Positions 36,201 through 48,400 of a DNA stretch of 64,000 nt are shown piece by piece; position 1 is the first letter of the stretch; each line of letters starts with the position of its first letter. The DNA lies in the NCBI RefSeq assembly GCF_964355755.1, contig NC_092680.1, positions 17,369,045 to 17,433,044 on the forward strand, in the 5' to 3' direction. This DNA is from Antedon mediterranea. Lineage: Eukaryota; Animalia; Echinodermata. The notes below the pieces were generated by a model. The model saw only the letters and a program-made list of their open reading frames with translations, had not been told where the DNA came from and did not search any database. A program made the translations under genes and the position numbers.

Positions 36201-39200
36201 TTGTTGAGTTTTTAATCTGATTCCATTGAGAGGTTCTCCAGTCATAGTTTTCACCTCTGACCTTTGAACTGTCCACAGAGAGTTTCCAGATTTTCTTTGA
36301 GTTGTCTCCTATTCTTTATGCAGAAATAGAACATTTTTTGAAAAGCCATTTTTTAGTTAGTTGGTTTAGTCAGGGCATTTTCAGCAATAAGCATTGCAAT
36401 ACCATATTGACAAATAAATAGTTTAAAGCGCTGTCTACACAATCAAACTTTATGTGACAAAAATATGTGATGTGTCCATATATGGACAGGATGACATATC
36501 ACTACCATATTTGGGCACATCACACTGTTTTTTATAGTGTAGATTTTTATTAAAAAAAAATTAAGTAGAAAATAGATTATAATTGTTTTGCACTTCAGAG
36601 CAAAGTAAAGTTTAACAGTTTTTCAATGTTATTGTTTATACTTTCCATCTTTTTCAGACACTTTTTAAAGACCATAGCAATGTTAACCTTCGATATGACC
36701 TACAAGATTGTCATATATGTGTTTGTTCATGCCGTGTAATGGAGCTTTTTACTGACAACTTTGATTATCAAACAATGAGTGATTTTATGAGGGGAGTTAT
36801 ATATAATGAAGAGGTAAAAATATGCTGTAGATTGAATTAATAATTGATAGCTACTCAAATACAGGTGGAACACTGTCATTTCTTAATTCTTTTAAATACT
36901 CATCATCTCCATCATCATTATCATCATCACAGGTTATGTCATCCACTACTAAATGCAACAACATCTACCCCCACTCCACCTCAAGCATTTTCCATTTCCT
37001 CTTCTCTAAAGCTCTGTCTACACTATCAATATGTGCCCATATATGGACATGATGATGTCATATCATTACCATATTTGAGCATATTACTACCATATTTAGG
37101 CAGATCACCCTTTTTCGTCAAACTAACTTGATAGTGTAGACAGAGTCTTAATATATTGTGCACTGTATACTGTATATGTCACTAGCCTTTGGTTTATGTA
37201 CAGTATTAGCATTTTATCTTATTTTTTTTCTCTAAATTTTCAAGTTAACTAAAATGGAATAGAATACAAAATGTTGGTTTATTTTATTGATAGATTGAAG
37301 GAAACAAGATGCAAATATATGTGGTAACGAATGAATATGCTACAAGAGTTTCCAATCTAACCATGTATGAAACAGTAAGGTAGGATGAGTTTGTTTTTAT
37401 ATAATTAGACAAATATATGAGCGAATTCATTCACTATCCTTCTTAAAGGTGGCAATCCTGTTCACAAGACAAGATGCTCTACATAAACAAAGTCTTATTA
37501 CAAGTCTTTGGGAGTAGAGTTATAAATTGTCATTAGAAAAAGTCCTGACACTGACAGGACTTGAACCCAGGACCCTTGGATTTGTAGCCAAGCAACATAA
37601 CCATCAAGCCACAACTCCACTTGATACTGTGTTATCATTTCACACTTTAAGTTAATATCTTAATAAATAACAATCTTAAGATTAGATATAATATAAATAG
37701 ACAGATATAAATATATTGACCAAGAGAACAAGATTGGTAATATATAAGTAATTGATTTTTATTTTTAGCAAGGATATAATCCATCGCTGGACCTACCCTC
37801 AAGTACCAGAGTACCTGGGCACAGAAACGTACAACTTTGGTAGGAACCATGTTTACTCGGCCAAAGACATCACTCTACAGAGGTCAGTACACCCTCCTCT
37901 CCTCCCCCTCCCAAAATTAAAACGGTTCCCTTTTTCTTATAAGTTCCAACTGAGCCAGATTATTTTGTTGTTCCTTGTTTGAAAGAGTGGTCCTCAAAAC
38001 ACTAAAAAACCTGTGGTCTTTTTTTTTTAGTATCCTTTGGTGGGCTTCTTTTCGAGATGGGCTTCTTTTCGAGATTAATTTTGCAAACTAAAGGAGGGGT
38101 GGGGGGCTTCTTTTCAAAATGACTGATGTAAATTTTATGAATTGCTACTACAGTTACACAATTTTTGAGACATTACCTGCCAATTTTTTATCAATGATCA
38201 AAATACCATTTTAAACTTTAAAATAAATGTATGATATAACATACCTTATATCTGTATCACAAGTTCATCCCATTTAATCGCACTAATTAACCTTATACAA
38301 AGGAAAAGAAGCCCATACTATCTTGAGATTACTTTTTCAGACCAAAGAGTAGGCTTCTTTTTGAGAAGGGCTTCTTTTCAGGGTTTTACAGTAGCAATTA
38401 TCACAAAAATTTATTTTATATTTGTCAGAGGATGTACCCTGGGTGAGGATGTTGTGATTGGTAGCAACACCAGTATTGGCAGCAACACCAGAATTTCTCA
38501 GTCAGTGCTTGGGAGAAATTGTGAAATAGGTGATTATTCTACAACATTGTAAAATAATTTATTATTATTATTATTTACTTTATATTTGGTAGCCTCTTCA
38601 GTCAAAGACTCCCAGTGGGAGAGTACTAGGTTCCAGTGCACATGAGCTAGATGTGTACACCTGACCTATGGTTTAAAAGACTCAATCTACCACCAGAACC
38701 ATCAAGCAAGTGAGCCTTGAACCCTTGCCGGTGTTTTGGCTATGTATTATGGTTCAACTGTTGTAACTGCTCGGCCACTCACTTGCTCACTTAATAAATA
38801 GATTGTTAAGCATCAAGTCATTACATCATATCACACAGCCCAGGAACATTTGGGCCCTAAAGCGTGGTTCCCACTAGAGACGCAACGCAAGGACGTAACG
38901 CAACGCAAATGAATTGACCAATCACAAGCGATGGCTTATTCGCTTGTGATTGCTAACTGTCTATAACTTCGCTTGTCATTGGTTAAAACGCTTGCGTTGC
39001 GTTTACGTCCTTGCGTTACGTTCTAGTGGGAACCAAGCTTATGTCAGCTTGTATGTTTTGTTGAGGGTTGGCAACAGGGATTAGGGACAGGGGTTGGGGA
39101 GTGCACTGTCATAGCAAGTCTGTCGAGTAAACTTTATTTTAATTTTATTTCAGGTGAAAATGTGGTCTTGAAAAATGCATTTGTTTGGGACAATGTCACT

Positions 39201-42200
39201 ATTGAATCTAATTGCCTAATTGATACAGCAATTCTGTGTAATGGAGTTAAACTCATGTCAGGGGTTAAAGTTCAAGCTGGTAGCATATTATCGTTTGGTG
39301 TAAGATATAATTTTAATGTCTCTAGTAAGCTAAAAGCAATCATAAACATTTTTGTTTACTTGAAAATGTCACCTTAATATTGAATCATTAAACTTGGAAT
39401 TTAAAAAAATTATAAACACCAAAGCAGTGAAAAATGAAGGTTAATAGACCGCTATTTAGTTTTAATAAAGTGAATCACTTCAGTAGAAGAAAACAAAAAC
39501 AAAAACAAATAATATTTTTTTGTTAAATTCAACCAAAAACCCATTGACTAACAGCTAATTTGACTATTGTTTGCTTTAAATTACAGTTTTTTCAGTTATA
39601 TACATTTTTTCATCTAATTTGTGACATTGAAATGGCATATTCAACAAAAGAAATTGTAAGAATTATTTGTCCATGGACACAATTAAACATTAATTGTAGT
39701 CATCATTATTTCATAAATTTTTTTTTTCTTTTTAAAGGTTATAGTGGGGCCTGATGTAACATTACCTTCAGGGACATACCTATCCACAATACCACCACCT
39801 AAAGAAGATGAATTTGATGAAGAGTTTAATGATACAGATACTTCTAAAGACCTTACACGTTCGGTCAGCCAGCAAGATCAGTTATCGCTTGGGGAAGGTG
39901 GCATTGGATTTGTCTGGAAAAACGCAGAAGAAAACGATGATGATGAGGATGAGGAACTGGCACGTGAAATGTGGGGTAAGGGATTTTAAAAGAAAAATAT
40001 CTTGAATGACAAAATATATTTGTAGATACTAGGGAGCTTTTGATTAGCCATGACCAAGCAGGTCAATCGATGTGTCATAGGTCAGATCTATATAAAACCA
40101 AAAGTAACCATAACACAATTTAGTATATAGCTAATTGCTGTTACGTTTTTAAAATATATCAATACACCTTGTATCATCCTATTTTTTCTTTCTGGATCAA
40201 ATAAATCAACTTGTATGGTGGTTGACTTGACCCAATATTTAGGCCTTAAGCTCTCTCTAGACTATCAAACTAGTTTGACAAAAAAAGTGTGATGTGCCCA
40301 AATGTGGTAGTGATATGCCCAAATATGGTATTGATATGCCCAAATATGGTATTGGTATGACATCATCATGTCTATTATGGGCACATCACATTTTTTGTCA
40401 CATACAGTTTGATAGTGTAGACAGAGCTTTAAAAAAAGCATAATTAATCACATCCAGTAATAGAAGAATAAGTTGCACAAATAATACTACTTCATTTTTA
40501 TTTTTTAGGAATGAAAATAAGTGATGTACATAACGAGGATGAGGAGGAAAGTGATGACTCAGATGATGATGATTCAGGGCCTCCATCTGTTGTGATGGAT
40601 GACACAGAAAGTAGGTCAACAAATATAAAAATTATGTCAATAATACAGCACACATACAATAGTGCTTTAACTCTTATGCTCTGTCAGCAATATCAAACTA
40701 ACAAAAAAATGTGATGTTACCATATGTGGACATTTTTTGCATATCACTTTTTGTCAAACTATTTTGATAGTTTACACAGAACTTCAGTTCATTCATTGTT
40801 GTGTTTTTCAGTTTTTTATAATCAAGTATTGGACAGTATTCAGAGTTCCTACAGTTCTGGTGCTATCAATTGTGACAATCTTATCCTAGAAATCAACTCT
40901 TCCAAATTTGCTAACAATGTCTCCATGAAAGAACTAGTGCAGCTTGTTACTAAGGCAATTGTTGAGTTGCCAAATACTCACTCACCAAACATCTTGACAA
41001 CAAAGGAGTTTGCGGCTTTCGTTATACCGGTTGGTAGTATGACTTTAATCCAGTGTGAAAGGGGGTTATCATGCATCCCTGACACATATTTTTTTAATAT
41101 GTCATTTATTAACATTTTTCAGTAAAGAATTGTTACCAAGATTGATCAAATTATTTGAAATAAATATTTATCACTTTGCTGGAGGTTTTTTTGCAAACAA
41201 AGCCTTTATAAACAGTTATAAATGATTTTGTTCTCTTATTTTCTACAGTTAGTCAAGACTCTTGTACCACTGTTAAAAAACTACTTAAAAGGAAGTGAAT
41301 CACAGTTGGACTTCTTAGGTTCTTTGCAGGTAAATTTAGTAATCTCATAATACCAATATTATTGACAGATTCTGTCATTCTTCAATTACTTACCGTAATA
41401 CAAGTAGTGCACTTTACATTAAACCTGACATTAGCAATCCACCACCATTGCAACAATGCTTCCTTTTTCAAATAAAAATGGTACTGGTAGTAGTGTACTC
41501 AATCAGGTTGTACTTAAACCCACCTGAAACCTAATAAACACCACTCAATCTCTACTAAATACCGCCCGATTCTTATTCTTTTTTGCCAATAACATCATAA
41601 ACAACAAACAAAGTTACAGGAAACACAAAAAGAGAACTAAATTTAATCTTTATTTCTAAAACCTATCTTAAAGCTTGGTTCCCACTAGAACGTAACGCAA
41701 GGACGTAAACGCAACGCAAGTGTTTTAACCAATGACAAGCGAAGTTACAGTTAGCAGTCACAAGCGAATAGGCCATCGCTTGTGATTGGTCAATTCACTT
41801 GCGTTGCGTTACGTCCTTGTGTTGCGTCGCTAGTGGGAACCACGCTTAACCCAGTGTTCATACTTCCATCTATTGTCATTTGCATATAAAATATATGTTA
41901 TGTTTGCTCTGAGATATACAAAAACAAATAAATGAAAAACTAACAAAAACAATACGCCTCAAATATATTATGCATGAGATGAGTAGAATCTTGCAATATA
42001 GAATGTGTTTTCTTAATTAATCGATTTTCAAAAACTCTTTGAAGCCAGTGTTACCCTCTGATGCCTCCCGCTACTGCGAGTTGGCTCATCAGGTGTAATA
42101 TAGTAGGACTGATTAAATTTTATGATGACATCACTACTCTCAAAACTCATTCAATTTTGTTTTCCTCTTTAGGAATGTTGTATTACAAATGGGTCTCTAT

Positions 42201-44003
42201 GTACATCAATTCCAAAAATGCTCAACATTCTCTATGACAATGATACATTACATGAACAGGTCATAGTTCATTGGTTCAAAAAGATTCCTTTAAACGACTC
42301 TGCAATCCTACAACAGCTTAGGAAGAATGTAAGTACTGTTAAACCTACAATATATTTAGTCGTTGATGTGATAGATTAGATTTTATTATGAGGCAACCAG
42401 AAATAGATTTAAAACATCCTTAATGGACATTCCAAACCAATACCTTTGACCATAGAGATATTATAGTGAACTATAATATCTCTATGCTTTGACTAAACAG
42501 TGATGTAGCATCAAGAAGTTATCAGGTTTTTGCAAGAAAAAGGAACAATCTCTGTTTAAGCCACTGGGTTGTCAAAGGCATCTGTGAAAAAGTGGTCAAG
42601 TTGAAACCTTACCAACCATACTGGTGGCTACAGCCCTGCTAAACTAATGTCATGATCAATAATTATGGAAATACAGAACCCTGCCTTACACCTTTATTAA
42701 GTAGGCCTACTATGAAAGAGGCGAAAGTATGTTTTAATACTACAGTGAACCTCTATTAATTAAATGAGGGAAAGGAATTCAAAGGACATCCCTATTAAAG
42801 GAACACATTGTTGGCTCCTAAAAGTGTCCTTTTAAAGATGTATTGTCCCCCAAAAACATGAAAAATTTTGATTAATTAAATCAGACTTTGAATAGGTTAT
42901 TTTGTAGCTTAATAAGTTAACCACTTCTGTAGACAAAATAATGTTTTCACTTATAAAATGACAAAAATAAATGGTTAAATTCAACCAAAGGCTGGCAGCC
43001 AATTTGGCTATTCATTGCTTTAAATTTTTTTTCAGGTAAATACATTTGTTTTAAATCCAATTTTTGGTCAAAGTGGATAAATATTATGTGACATTAAAAT
43101 AGCATATTCAACACAAAAAAATTGTTTCAGGAGGACAATACATCTTTAAGCGAACACCTTGTTGGCTCTTAAAAGTGTCCTCTTAATAGGTGTTGCTGAA
43201 GCTCAATGTTGTTGTCAACTATAGAGGCATCTTATCATGTTAAAACTAAATAAATGAGATACTATTTTTAAAAAATAATATAAATGCAAATTACGGATTT
43301 TGTTGACTGTACCATGGTTGTCTTTAATTAATTACTACCTATTGTATATGATTATTATCAAGGTCACATGAGTTTCTAATTGGAGTAGGATTGATTGAGG
43401 AAACTTGTATTGTATTTGATTAAAAATATTACTTACATAATACACATACTTTTGTCATGTTTTGCTTGCCATAGGCAAACATTTGATCATATTTGTTATC
43501 AAATACAATACAAACACGGCTTTACCACGTTGACACACCCGTTCGTGACAGGTCACTGAAGATAACCAACGTTAGGCCTGGTTAGATGGGAGACCATCTG
43601 GGAATATCAAGTGCTTTATATGGAACTGGGGTCCCATTATGCATTTGAAATCAGCACTGCTGACTGACTCTTATGGCAACCCCTGCATCTAGTATCTACC
43701 TCAGTCCTATTGACCCATGCCTTTCCTCTGGTCAAGGTGGGCACTGGACAAGAGAAGCCTTTGATCAATGTTAGAACCAATCAAGGTGCTTTCAACAGTC
43801 CTAGCTTAGTTTCATCCATCATTCAGATAAATGTAAAAGTATTTGACATTGTAGTTCACGACAGTTGTCAACCATAAACATAAACAAGCAAATCTTGAAA
43901 ATGATATTTTTAAACACTATCTTAAATAATTTATTTGCAGGTCCAACCTTTTATCACATGGCTAGAAGAAGCTGAAGAGGAAACAGACAGCGAAGAAGAT
44001 TAG
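33255..44003 (+). CDS. EIF2B5: Translation initiation factor eIF-2B subunit epsilon, 15 exons, ~690 aa
   Basis: Exons 33255-33383, 34598-34722, 35032-35217, 35870-36041, 36658-36813, 37294-37379, 37769-37882, 38429-38529, 39154-39299, 39738-39975, 40509-40610, 40812-41029, 41249-41329, 42173-42328, 43941-44003 (2073 nt). Motifs [38 protein letters not shown], hexapeptide repeats, [11 protein letters not shown], and the W2 tail [11 protein letters not shown]. Confidence 0.96.
33653..34155. mobile_element. Tc1/mariner-pogo (Tigger-like) MITE
   Basis: Perfect TIR CAGTCAACTCTCCCAATACCGGAC, TA TSD, and internal TCCGGTTTT repeats. Confidence 0.9.
34162..34476. mobile_element. Kolobok-like MITE (TTAA TSD)
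   Basis: TIR AGATGTATTGTCCC flanked by TTAA on both sides. Copies at 42836-43145, ~48242-48800 (inverted, interrupted) and ~39440-39690 (partial). Confidence 0.85.
37455..37620 (-). mobile_element. tRNA-derived SINE family E
   Basis: A box TGGCTTGATGG, B box GGTTCAAGTCC. Copies at ~52560-52792 (-) and ~59025-59107 (+, partial). Confidence 0.75.
38861..39039. mobile_element. Harbinger-like palindromic MITE family C
   Basis: TIR AGC(G/T)TGGTTCCCACTAG with (GCAAC)n subterminal repeats; nearly fully palindromic. Confidence 0.88.
40249..40428. mobile_element. MITE family B copy with TTA TSD
   Basis: TIRs flanked by TTA on both sides; internal TGATATGCCCAAATATGGTA repeats. Confidence 0.85.
41672..41846. 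mobile_element. MITE family C copy, inverted relative to 38861-39039
   Basis: TAA TSD on both sides; near-identical reverse complement of the first copy. Confidence 0.88.
42451..42486. mobile_element. P-element-type remnant/excision footprint: 17-bp TIR + GA + 17-bp TIR
   Basis: CATAGAGATATTATAGT-GA-ACTATAATATCTCTATG flanked by the 7-bp direct repeat CTTTGAC (42444-42450 and 42487-42493). Confidence 0.8.
42836..43145. mobile_element. Kolobok-like MITE copy inserted in a Tigger-like remnant
   Basis: TIR AGATGTATTGTCC and TTAA TSD. Confidence 0.85.
43510..43870 (+). mobile_element. 5S rRNA-derived SINE (SINE3)
   Basis: GGCCTGGTTAG..ATGGGAGACCATCTGGGAATATC resembles the 5S internal promoter region; the body is shared with 58570-58880. 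Confidence 0.75.
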
Positions 44004-45471
44004 GTTTTTTGAATTTCTAAGGATAATAATGATTAACATGAACACTAAACAATAGTTAAACAAGTAAAAGACGGGGCTGGAACACATAACATGATCTGCA
44101 CAATTTAAATGCTTGGAACTAACTTATACAGGTACTTAATGTCAGATGTAAATCAGGATTTGTTATGATGGTAAATTCATCAAATGCTGGCAATACATCC
44201 CAAAAAACTGCTCCAGTCTCTATTAAGGGTATACATACTACCAAGTAGCTCATGTAATATTCAAATTTCTGTTTTGCATAATATGAATAAATCCGAATGT
44301 CTTTTTAAAAGGATGTGTACAGATTTTTTTATTATACATATATATTATGTGTATAAAGCTCTGTCTACACTATCTAACAAGTTCGACAAAAATTGTGTCA
44401 TGTGCCTAAATATGGTATTGATATGACATCATCATGTCCATATACAGTACATATATTTTTTGTCACATAAAGTTTGATGGTGTAGACAGACTTTATTTTA
44501 TAATGACATTGTCGTTGCTCACACACAGCAGGCAACAATTATGTTGAGATATATACTATATATATACATTGTACTACACATCAACAACCTATTCGACTTA
44601 TTTTTTATTGTATTTTATTTTATTTTGTAAAATAATAATTTTGTTATAAATAATTTCATAAAGTCTTTTTATATGTCACGTGTGATGCTTTTTTTTTATT
44701 ATGACATATCGGTAAAACCAAATCGTTAAAAATGTAGAAAATAAGAAGAAGAGGAAGAAGCCTAATAATAAACAAAATAAAATTCTTAATAACCTTCCAC
44801 CTTAAAAACCGGCAATTAAATCAATGCTCTACAATTTATTATCAATAATTATAATTTTGTGAATAATTTAATTTATTTACATCATGCTTTATATGGAAAT
44901 CTAGGAATGAACATTGTTTGTGCTTTACACAAATTGTTTCATTTTAAAAATAATATACGTTTTAAGATATAATAAAACTAAATAATGCTAAAAAAAAAAA
45001 AAAAATGCTAAATAAAAGAAAAAATTACATACAAACTTGTAGGGGAAAACGAAAAAACATGAATAGCGCCATCTATTTAGTGGATAGTTTTAACTACCAA
45101 AAACTTAAGTACAGTATTCGTACGTAACGATGGAAATTGATGCACAAATTAAATACACAAAGAGCGTACACGTGGTTTCAGGACTGGACTTTCTTTTTTA
45201 TTTTAATTTTTTAAAAGATATCTGTCAGTGTATTTGAGTGATAATTATATAGTTGCTTTTTTAAAAATTGGTGTACCTTCTGAGAGAAATGTAAGACATG
45301 CTTGGATGAGTTCTTATTATTTACATAATCAATGACATCACCGCCTCCTCAAAGGCAGCAGGTTGGTAAACATTCGACCGTTCGACGAGTGGAGTGGAAT
45401 TATACGGATGATTTGCAATGAGATTTTCTATTTAATCATGTTGAATAAGGTGTGCTAACATCAGGAAAAGG

Positions 45472-48400
45472 ATGGATTGTTTCAGACGTAAACAGAGAGA
45501 TTATTTTTGTTGTATCAAGCTATTAGACGAAACAGAAATCACCCAAGATATACAGGTACGTAGGCCTCTGTTCTGAGATATTTTGACAAGGTAGTCTAAG
45601 GACGCTTGAAACGGCGCTCTTTCCCCTTGAGTGAACATTGAGCCGTGGTGGTATAATAGAGAGGTGTGTGGTATTTAGGCATACGAGGCTGATGACACTT
45701 GTTGGATTAGAGGGAGAGAGGGGCTAAGTTAAATTTAGTGTTATTATGGTTATGGTAGTGAAGAATTTATTGGCTAAATTAATAATTATGCCTTGCCCTT
45801 ACTCTGCCTCATCAGGGGAGGGGAGATTCATTAAAAAATGTTAATTCATGCAAAAATACAACATTTATTTTAATAAAATAAAAAGCCAAATGTGTTTTTT
45901 AATTTTCTTTTAAATTTTTAAATTAGTTTTTAATAAAAAATGCTTATTAAGTGTCTGTTAAATTATATTTTACAGTAGTTTGTTACAGGAGTACATAGTT
46001 AATATACAGTATTATTATTTATTATTAATATTAAATAAAATATAAGTTTTTTTGCCAAAGAGTGAAACATCAAACTGCAACATGCAAGAATTGTGAAAAG
46101 TAATAATAAATATGTAAACACATCCACATAAGGATATTGTGACTTGAAATACCTACAGGTATGATCTAATATGCAATATATTTGTTAAACTGGCTATTAA
46201 CAACAAGAGTTCCAGGTGAAACCTAGGCTACTGCATGACTATGATTAATTCAAATTATTACAGTACGGTATATACTGTACTATTGTGAATTATAAATTAA
46301 AATATGGTAAAATGAGTCATACTTTATGTTATCATTTTCCGATTTATTAATATAGAAATTCTGTTCCATGTACAGTATCTATCATGCAGGTGTACTGTAG
46401 ATACAGTAATAACTTCACACTTCCCCCTGAATTAGTTAAAACCTCAAAATTTTGAACTAATAATCCCCCCCCCCCTTCCCTTGCTGTTGCTAAAAAAATA
46501 AGGAAAATTATATACAGTGTTTTATTACCAATTATTTCATTGATAGCAAACCATTTCAACCTGGCCTTTAGAAATTAAGCAAACAGTATTCACAAGGAAA
46601 GAAAATCCTAATAAATATTTGTGTGTGCTTTTGTTCACCGTTCTTTTCACAGTGTAAACCTGTTGTTATCTTGTCAGACTTTTTCTATTATTCTGAATAT
46701 CCTAATCATTTAGAAACTCTAATTTACAATCTGATATTGTCCTGATGATAAAGCACAAGTCACAGGTGATAGGGTTGTTAAATCAGCATGTAAGGTTACA
46801 AGTTCGAGTCGTCAAAGTAACTATAAAATCTACAGACATTCCTAATTCTGTTTATCTGCCTACTCATTTTATCTAGTTCCCTAGGTTATAGCAAATCTAA
46901 CTGTAGACCTCACCAAGATAAATTACAACTTACAAGTTCAAGTCCTCAAAGTAACTATAAAATCTGTAGACATTCCTAATTCTGTTTATCTGCCTACTCA
47001 TTTTTATTATCTAGTTCCCTAGGTTATAGCAAATTTAACTGTAGATCTCACCAAGATAAATTACCCAGCCAGCCTAGGTTTCAATTTGTGGATGACAAAC
47101 ATTGTGGTGGCCAGAGGCAATACCTAATTATCAATCCTAGCTCCCATTTCCGATGATGTAATTTATTAAGGTTATGTTCACACACGCAAACTAACAGTCA
47201 GCATTATTCCGTCAAGAAAAAAGTTCAAGGTACAGTATCATAACTGTATAGTGTTTCTCTTTTTACTTGAGTGTCCATTGTCAACACTGTCTATTGGTCA
47301 GTTTGTTTGCTCACTGGACATAACATGGAACGTTGGTAAACTATCTGTTTGAAAATGGAAAGATAATACTACTGGTAAATTTACTGACTATATAGCCAGG
47401 GTATTTTGAAGTGGTTCTTCAGGCAAAGTACACCCTGGACAGTCTTTTACCCTGTGATGTACTACCATAATGTCCTATAGTTGCTGTCAGTGTTTGTTCT
47501 TCCTTGTTAAAATACTACTGATTCAGTTCTTTTCACCATTGACGCCACTACTGTGTGTTCCATGGTTTTTATTTTGCCAAATTTGCTCAGTTTTGGTAGT
47601 AATAAAAATGCTTCCACTGTGGGAACTTGCTGTCCTTCTGATGTTGATTAGCAATTAGCAGCCTAAAGACGAGTATACTTAGTAAAGCCATTTAGTAAAC
47701 CTATAGGCCTAACTGAGTGTCTTCTGATTAATTAAAGATTGACAAAGTTTAAATAAACAAATTTAAAATTAATTTTTAAAATGCTCATAGGCACCAAAAG
47801 GGTACTTGTCAACCCACCTCCTCCTCAAGTGTCTTAAAAAAATTGTAACAAATCTCCATCAATTAATAATAATACAGTACTAATTATTAATATTCAAAAG
47901 TAATTCACAATTGATAGATAAATTTCTCTGCACTGTAGTACAGTCGTTAATGTTTTATTGTGTGCACACTGTTTATACGATGTAACCGATAAATAAGATA
48001 TCACTATTTCTAAATAAATGACACCATGGCTCAACATAATTAGCCTAGAAATGTCTTTGTTACCTGTTACCTATGGAAGTCATTGTTACCATGGTAACAT
48101 CATCACCTACGTATGCTAATTTATCATATACCTGCAGGTAATGCTGCAATGCAATCATTAGTATTGTTCGTGGAATCCATTTGCAGTCGACCATATTAAA
48201 CAATTTAAATGGAAAAAAAAATGAATTTTAACATAAATTGAAGATGTATTGTCCCCCTTAAAACTTTTTTCACGCTGCTGCTCTAGCCCGCTACGTCACA
48301 CGAGATGACTCATTCATTAGATGAAATCAAGCAGCTTTATAGTACTACACTTTGACATTTTTGTTAAAATGGAAACTCCACTATAATTTATTGGTACCAC

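Noticed and set aside
36844-37131. His-rich 95-aa ORF
   Set aside because: Intronic (CAT)n low-complexity sequence plus a MITE; not needed for the EIF2B5 reading frame.
37545-37620. Possible tRNA gene (also ~52725-52792)
   Set aside because: A/B boxes are present but there is no convincing acceptor stem, and it is attached to a repeated body, so it is a SINE head.
38028-38040. GTATCCTTT U12-type donor motif
   Set aside because: Not at an exon boundary; EIF2B5 exons join in frame with ordinary GT-AG sites.
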